Positions 27,300 to 32,000 of a stretch of DNA of 32,000 nt are shown one piece after another; positions within the stretch are counted from its first letter, which is position 1; every line of letters starts with the position of its first letter. Origin of the DNA: Idiomarina loihiensis L2TR (GTDB taxonomy: Bacteria > Pseudomonadota > Gammaproteobacteria > Enterobacterales > Alteromonadaceae). The position numbers were made by a program, and so were the translations under genes. The DNA lies in NCBI RefSeq assembly GCF_000008465.1, contig NC_006512.1, positions 1,050,001 to 1,082,000 on the forward strand. The letters run 5' to 3'. The notes under the pieces were generated by a model. That model saw nothing but the letters and a program-made list of their open reading frames with translations. It was not told the origin of the DNA and made no database searches.

Positions 27300-29918
27300 C
27301 TACTTTTCTTCTACCTGCCATTTACCACTGCGGTAAAAAGCCTTCCAGCCCGTTTGTTTCTTCTTAATTTCAGTAACAACGTACTGTTCTTTGTTCTTTC
27401 TTGAAAAACGAACAATAGCATCATTACCGTCATCATCTTCTTTAGGGGCTTCAGCCAGGTACTTGAATTTTTCCGGTAAACGATCTTTAAACTTAGCCAG
27501 TTCTTTTACCGTAACTGCCCGAGTTTCTCTCGATTTAGGGAAGGTATTGGCAGACAGGAAAATACCGGAGGCACCGTCTCTTAGCACAAAGTAAGCATCC
27601 GACTCTTCACAAGGTAACTCAGGCAACGGCACTGGGTCTTCTTTCGGTGGCGCAGCTTCCCCGCTTCGCAGTAATTTTCGGGTGTTTTTACACTCACTGT
27701 TAGTGCAGCCGAAGTACTTACCAAAACGTCCCGTTTTTAACTGCATTTCAGAACCACACTTATCGCATTCAATGGTGGGTCCGTCATACCCCTTAATGCG
27801 GAAAGTCCCCTCTTCAACCAGTTGACCGTCACATGTTGGGTTGTTACCACAAACATGAAGCTTACGCTTTTCGTCAATAAGGTAACTGTCCATTGCGGTG
27901 CCACACTTAGGGCAACGCTTTTTGGCACGAAGCGCTTCTGTTTCGCGCTCTTCTTCGTCAGTCACCTCTATCGCTTCTTCGCCCGGTGTCAGGTTAAGCG
28001 TTTTGGTACAACGTTCTTTGGGCGGTAAGTTATAGCCAGAACAGCCAAGGAATACGCCCGTGGACGCTGTTCTTATTCCCATTTTACGACCACACTCAGG
28101 GCAATCGATATCGGTAAGAACCATGCTGTTCTCACGCATGCCGCCCTCAGTCGGTTCCAGTTCTGCTTTTTCCAGGCGCTCTTTAAAGTCTGCATAAAAC
28201 TTATCCAGAGTCTCTTTCCAGTCACGTTTCCCGGCAGCAATATCATCCAGCGCCTGTTCCATTTCTGCCGTAAAGTTATAATTCATTAGCTCAGTGAAGT
28301 TCTCAATCAACCGATCATTGACAATTTCACCCATTTTCTCGGCAAAGAAACGACGGCTCTCCACCCGAACATAACCGCGATCCTGAATGGTAGAAATAAT
28401 TGAAGCATAAGTTGATGGACGACCAATGCCTCGTTTCTCCAGTTCTTTGACCAGAGAAGCCTCACCATAACGCGCCGGTGGCTTAGTAAAGTGTTGTTCC
28501 GGATTCAGTTTCTCCAGCTGTAATGCATCGCCTTTTTTCACATCAGGCAAGGTCGCATCACCGTCTTTTTTACTACTGGCCGGAGGCATCACCTTAGTCC
28601 AACCGGCAAACCGCATCACACGTCCGCGAGCTTTCAATTCAAAATCGCCGGCGGTTGCCGTCAGGGTGGTACTATCGTATCGAGCCGGTACCATTTGGCA
28701 GGCCACAAACTGACGCCAAATCAACTCATACAAACGCTGCGCGTCTCGCTCCACAGAAGCCAGTGACTCTGACTTAACCTTCACATCTGACGGACGTATC
28801 GCTTCGTGCGCTTCCTGTGCGTTACTTTTTGCACCATAGCGAACAGGATCGTCCGGTAAATAATTTTTACCAAAGTCCTTGGTAATTAATTCACGACAAG
28901 CATCGACAGCCTCAGAACTTAAATTGGTTGAATCGGTACGCATGTACGTAATGTGGCCTGCTTCATACAGACGCTGAGCCATCATCATGGTTTTCTTAAC
29001 GCCAAAGCCTAATCGGGTACTGGCGGCTTGCTGCAGAGTCGAGGTAATAAAAGGCGCACTGGGTTTACTGGACGTTGGCTTATCTTCACGCCCGGTAATT
29101 TCATAGCCGGCTTTTTTCAGTAGTGCTAAAGCTGCGTCCGTTTCCTGTTTATTGGACGGACGGAAGTTCTTACCAGCCTGCTTCATCACCTGCATGCGCA
29201 GAGACTCGTCCGCAGGCGTGTTTAAGTCTGCATGAACGTCCCAGTACTCTTCCGGTACAAAGGCTTTAATTTCACGCTCACGTTCAACCACAAGCCTTAC
29301 AGCGACAGATTGGACACGTCCTGCTGACAACCCTCGGGCGATTTTCTTCCACAACAAGGGCGACACCATAAAACCAACGACCCGATCCAGGAAACGTCGG
29401 GTCTGCTGCGCATTAACCCGGTCGGTGTTCAGCTCTGCCGGATGTTGAAAAGCTTCTTGAATGGCTTTTTTCGTTATTTCGTTAAACACCACGCGTTTAT
29501 ATCGCGAGTCATCACCACCAATAAGTTCCCGCAAGTGCCAGGCTATCGCCTCCCCCTCGCGGTCCAAATCCGTTGCCAGAATAATTTCATCTGACTTTTT
29601 GGCTAACTGTTTTAGCTCTTTAACGACTTTTTCTTTTCCCTGCAGAACCTCGTAATGCGCTTCCCAGTCATTTTCCGGGTCAACCCCCATACGAGCAATC
29701 AGTCGCTTATAATCACGTTCTTTCTGGTATTTTGCCTTAGCATCCGGCGACATCTTGCGTACTTCTGCAGCCGGCTTACTCTTTATTGTCTCAGTGGCAC
29801 GGGTAGGCAGATCACGGACATGACCAACACTGGACTTAACGACAAAGTCCTTACCTAAATACTTATTAATCGTTTTGGCTTTTGCCGGAGACTCGACAAT
29901 GACGAGCGATTTTGCCAT
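27300..29918 (-). CDS. topA: DNA topoisomerase I
   Basis: 872 aa. It has a TOPRIM N-terminus ([32 protein letters not shown]), the active-site tyrosine context ([10 protein letters not shown]) and three C-terminal Cys4 zinc-ribbon motifs (CPECGRKM...[13 protein letters not shown]...[15 protein letters not shown]...GCTNSEC). Confidence 0.97.
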   Translation of the reverse strand: MAKSLVIVESPAKAKTINKYLGKDFVVKSSVGHVRDLPTRATETIKSKPAAEVRKMSPDAKAKYQKERDYKRLIARMGVDPENDWEAHYEVLQGKEKVVKELKQLAKKSDEIILATDLDREGEAIAWHLRELIGGDDSRYKRVVFNEITKKAIQEAFQHPAELNTDRVNAQQTRRFLDRVVGFMVSPLLWKKIARGLSAGRVQSVAVRLVVEREREIKAFVPEEYWDVHADLNTPADESLRMQVMKQAGKNFRPSNKQETDAALALLKKAGYEITGREDKPTSSKPSAPFITSTLQQAASTRLGFGVKKTMMMAQRLYEAGHITYMRTDSTNLSSEAVDACRELITKDFGKNYLPDDPVRYGAKSNAQEAHEAIRPSDVKVKSESLASVERDAQRLYELIWRQFVACQMVPARYDSTTLTATAGDFELKARGRVMRFAGWTKVMPPASSKKDGDATLPDVKKGDALQLEKLNPEQHFTKPPARYGEASLVKELEKRGIGRPSTYASIISTIQDRGYVRVESRRFFAEKMGEIVNDRLIENFTELMNYNFTAEMEQALDDIAAGKRDWKETLDKFYADFKERLEKAELEPTEGGMRENSMVLTDIDCPECGRKMGIRTASTGVFLGCSGYNLPPKERCTKTLNLTPGEEAIEVTDEEERETEALRAKKRCPKCGTAMDSYLIDEKRKLHVCGNNPTCDGQLVEEGTFRIKGYDGPTIECDKCGSEMQLKTGRFGKYFGCTNSECKNTRKLLRSGEAAPPKEDPVPLPELPCEESDAYFVLRDGASGIFLSANTFPKSRETRAVTVKELAKFKDRLPEKFKYLAEAPKEDDDGNDAIVRFSRKNKEQYVVTEIKKKQTGWKAFYRSGKWQVEEK

Positions 29919-29951
29919 AGAATAATCGTTCTCTTGTTGTAGATGACCGTG

Positions 29952-29980
29952 TATATACGTGCTAACAGTAACAATTACAA
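29952..29980 (-). promoter_or_regulatory. Candidate sigma70 promoter for topA
   Basis: Minus strand: TTGTAA (29975-29980), 17 nt, then TATATA (29952-29957), about 35 nt upstream of the ATG. Pattern only. E. coli topA has multiple promoters, so others may exist in 29919-30214. Confidence 0.25.
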
Positions 29981-30214
29981 GTGCAATTGCTCTTTAGCGG
30001 CCTTTTTTAGGTATATCGGTTATCGCTTGCAGAAACAACCGCAACTCGGTTATTTGATAAAAATTCGCACAAGTTAAATAAACAGTCACAATTACGTTAG
30101 CAAGCCAAAGTCCAGAAAAATAAAGGCTTTCAAGGCCGTTTTAAAACAGTATAATGGCAATTAAGTTTCTATTTTTAGGTGCACGATACGTGCAGGGAGT
30201 ATCGACAAGTGAGC

Positions 30215-31558
30215 ATGCAACACTTCGAAGTCAACTATGACGGTTTGGTTGGGCCAACTCATAACTACGCTGGACTGTCGTTCGGCAACGTTGCCTCTTT
30301 AGCCAATGCAAAAGCAACATCCAGCCCCAAACATGCTGCCCTGCAAGGTCTGAAAAAAATGAAAGCCTTGCACGATATGGGAATGAAGCAAGGTGTGTTG
30401 GCGCCACAGGAACGCCCGGATATTTTTGCATTACGCCGCCTGGGCTTCCACGGTACCGATTCCGAGGTTTTATACCGTGCAGCAACCGAAGCACCCGCCA
30501 TATTTCAGGCCGTTTGCTCCGCTTCCAGTATGTGGACAGCCAATGCCGCGACAGTTTCGCCCAGTGCAGACACAGCAAATGGGAAAGTGCATTTCACTCC
30601 GGCGAATCTGACCAATAAGTTTCACCGTTCGTTAGAACCACAAACCAGTGGCCGTATTCTGCAGGCAATGTTCAATAATGGTCGTTATTTTGAGCATCAC
30701 ACCCACCTGCCGGACAATGAACATTTTGGTGACGAAGGTGCCGCGAACCACACCCGTCTGTGTCGTGAATATGGTCATGCCGGAATTGAGCTCTTTGTTT
30801 TTGGCCGTTACGCCTTCGACAGTTCTAAACCAGCACCTAAGCGCTTCCCGGCAAGACAGACTCTGGAAGCCTCTCAGGCAATTGCCCGGTTGCATGGTTT
30901 AAGTGAAGACAACACCGTTTACATTCAGCAGAACCCCGATGTTATTGACCAGGGCGTATTCCATAATGATGTTATCGCGGTCGGTAACCAGAATGTGCTT
31001 TTTTATCACGAGCAGGCCTTTACTGATACCGAGTCGAAATTAGCAGAAATTCAACGTAAATTCGGCGAACATCCGCTACATTTCATTAAAGTTGCTACAG
31101 AACAAGTGAGCATTCAGGACGCAGTAAATACCTACTTATTCAATACTCAGTTAATTACACCGCCCGACGGCCAAATGACCATTATCGCGCCTACCGAGTG
31201 CCAGGAAAACGATAATGTCCGTTCCTATCTTGAGCAGTTGACGCAAAGCGCTGACAGCCCAATTAAGCGGGTTGAATACTTTGACGTTAAGCAGAGTATG
31301 CGCAACGGTGGCGGTCCAGCCTGTTTGCGTTTACGTGTTGCTTTAAACGATGAAGAAATAGCGGGTGCAAACCAGAATTGCCTGATGTCTGACGGGTTAT
31401 TTAATCGTTTGAATCAATGGGTAGAGAAGCATTACCGTGATGAGTTAGCAGTCGATGATTTACGTGACCCGGCGCTACTGGAAGAATCACGCACGGCACT
31501 TGATGAGTTAACACAAATTATGAAGCTGGGTTCGGTGTACCCATTCCAGCAAGACTGA
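30215..31558 (+). CDS. astB: N-succinylarginine dihydrolase AstB
   Basis: The start is set at ATG 30215, giving 447 aa. [28 protein letters not shown] aligns residue-for-residue with the E. coli AstB N-terminus ([28 protein letters not shown]). The C-terminal catalytic region is [14 protein letters not shown]. An in-frame GTG at 30209 lies 9 nt after GGGAG and is an alternative start. Confidence 0.93.
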   Translation: MQHFEVNYDGLVGPTHNYAGLSFGNVASLANAKATSSPKHAALQGLKKMKALHDMGMKQGVLAPQERPDIFALRRLGFHGTDSEVLYRAATEAPAIFQAVCSASSMWTANAATVSPSADTANGKVHFTPANLTNKFHRSLEPQTSGRILQAMFNNGRYFEHHTHLPDNEHFGDEGAANHTRLCREYGHAGIELFVFGRYAFDSSKPAPKRFPARQTLEASQAIARLHGLSEDNTVYIQQNPDVIDQGVFHNDVIAVGNQNVLFYHEQAFTDTESKLAEIQRKFGEHPLHFIKVATEQVSIQDAVNTYLFNTQLITPPDGQMTIIAPTECQENDNVRSYLEQLTQSADSPIKRVEYFDVKQSMRNGGGPACLRLRVALNDEEIAGANQNCLMSDGLFNRLNQWVEKHYRDELAVDDLRDPALLEESRTALDELTQIMKLGSVYPFQQD

Positions 31559-31583
31559 GCGCCCAACGCTCAGTCTTTTATTT
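31552..31583 (+). terminator. Intrinsic terminator of astB
   Basis: AGACTGAGCG cccaa CGCTCAGTCT TTTATTT: a 10-bp stem whose 5' arm contains the astB TGA stop (31556-31558). Confidence 0.8.
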
Positions 31584-31592
31584 CAGAATGAA

Positions 31593-32000
31593 TTAATCGT
31601 TGTCGTTGTGAAGTTCGAGGTTGGCGTCTTCTGAGCCGTCACGATCGGACCTTGCAACGTCATTACGTGCCGCATGCAAACGATCTAAGTACTCCTGGCT
31701 CACATCACCCGTTACGTATTCACCACTGAATACCGACGTATCAAAACGTTTAATTGATCGGTTCTCTGCTCCTACTGCTTCAATTAAGTCGTCAAGATCC
31801 TGATAAATGAGACCATCAGCTTTAATTATGTCACGAATTTCCGTTGCTTCACGTCCGTGACCAATCAGCTCGTTAGCGCTTGGCATATCAATGCCGTAAA
31901 CGTTCGGGAAGCGAATTTCCGGAGCAGCTGAAGCAAAATATACTTTCTTCGCACCGGCTTCACGAGCCATTTCAATTATTTGCTCTGACGTTGTTCCACG
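31593..32000 (-). CDS. purF: Amidophosphoribosyltransferase PurF, C-terminal part. It is 5'-truncated by the window edge.
   Basis: The frame stays open to nt 32000. The translation [51 protein letters not shown]...[11 protein letters not shown] matches the E. coli PurF C-terminus ([42 protein letters not shown]). Confidence 0.93.
   Translation of the reverse strand, partial: RGTTSEQIIEMAREAGAKKVYFASAAPEIRFPNVYGIDMPSANELIGHGREATEIRDIIKADGLIYQDLDDLIEAVGAENRSIKRFDTSVFSGEYVTGDVSQEYLDRLHAARNDVARSDRDGSEDANLELHNDND

Noticed and set aside
30016-30053. 8-nt direct repeat TCGGTTAT (30016-30023 and 30046-30053) in the topA-astB divergent region, and an ARG-box-like TGATAAAAATTCG (~30054-30066)
   Set aside because: An 8-mer recurring once in ~300 nt is about what chance predicts. 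The ARG-box resemblance is one half-site short and off by one in length.
30155-30170. Sigma54-like element TGGCAA-ttaag-TTTCT upstream of astB. The ast operon is sigma54/NtrC-controlled in E. coli.
   Set aside because: The -12 element reads TTTC instead of TTGC, losing the conserved G of the GC dinucleotide. The nearby TGCAC-N5-GTGCA palindrome has the wrong spacing for an NtrC site (TGCACC-N5-GGTGCA) and lies downstream, not upstream.

Overview
This is a chromosomal, mostly core-genome segment of a gammaproteobacterium. Gene order and protein sequences look Alteromonadales/Vibrionales/Enterobacterales-like, but the taxon cannot be fixed without a database search.

Left to right the window contains:
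- the 3' half of an M16 (pitrilysin-like) peptidase gene;
- a 1293-aa c-di-GMP sensor (periplasmic propeller/Y_Y_Y, TM, PAS, PAS, GGDEF, EAL);
- fadI-fadJ on the minus strand, with a FadR-type operator;
- a six-gene, fully translationally coupled Bat/aerotolerance-like operon (MoxR, DUF58, DUF4381, BatA, BatB/C, BatD);
- the conserved block ppiD-hupB-lon-clpX-clpP-tig on the minus strand, with clear intrinsic terminators and a sigma32-like lon promoter;
- a 75-aa acidic orphan ORF;
- a tRNA operon Pro(UGG)-Arg(UCU)-His(GUG)-Pro(UGG) with an rrn-P1-like promoter;
- folD;
- an orphan TadE-like (Flp-pilus pseudopilin-like) gene squeezed between folD and topA;
- topA, a stand-alone astB, and the 3' end of purF.

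I see no CRISPR array, transposase, integrase, phage gene, toxin-antitoxin pair or obvious compositional island. Nothing here is demonstrably a new system. The least explained pieces get moderate interest only:
- the Bat-like MoxR/vWA operon and its structured leader;
- the wedged-in TadE-like gene, which has a canonical terminator inside its 5' end;
- the small acidic ORF trailing the tRNA operon;
- the large propeller-GGDEF-EAL sensor.
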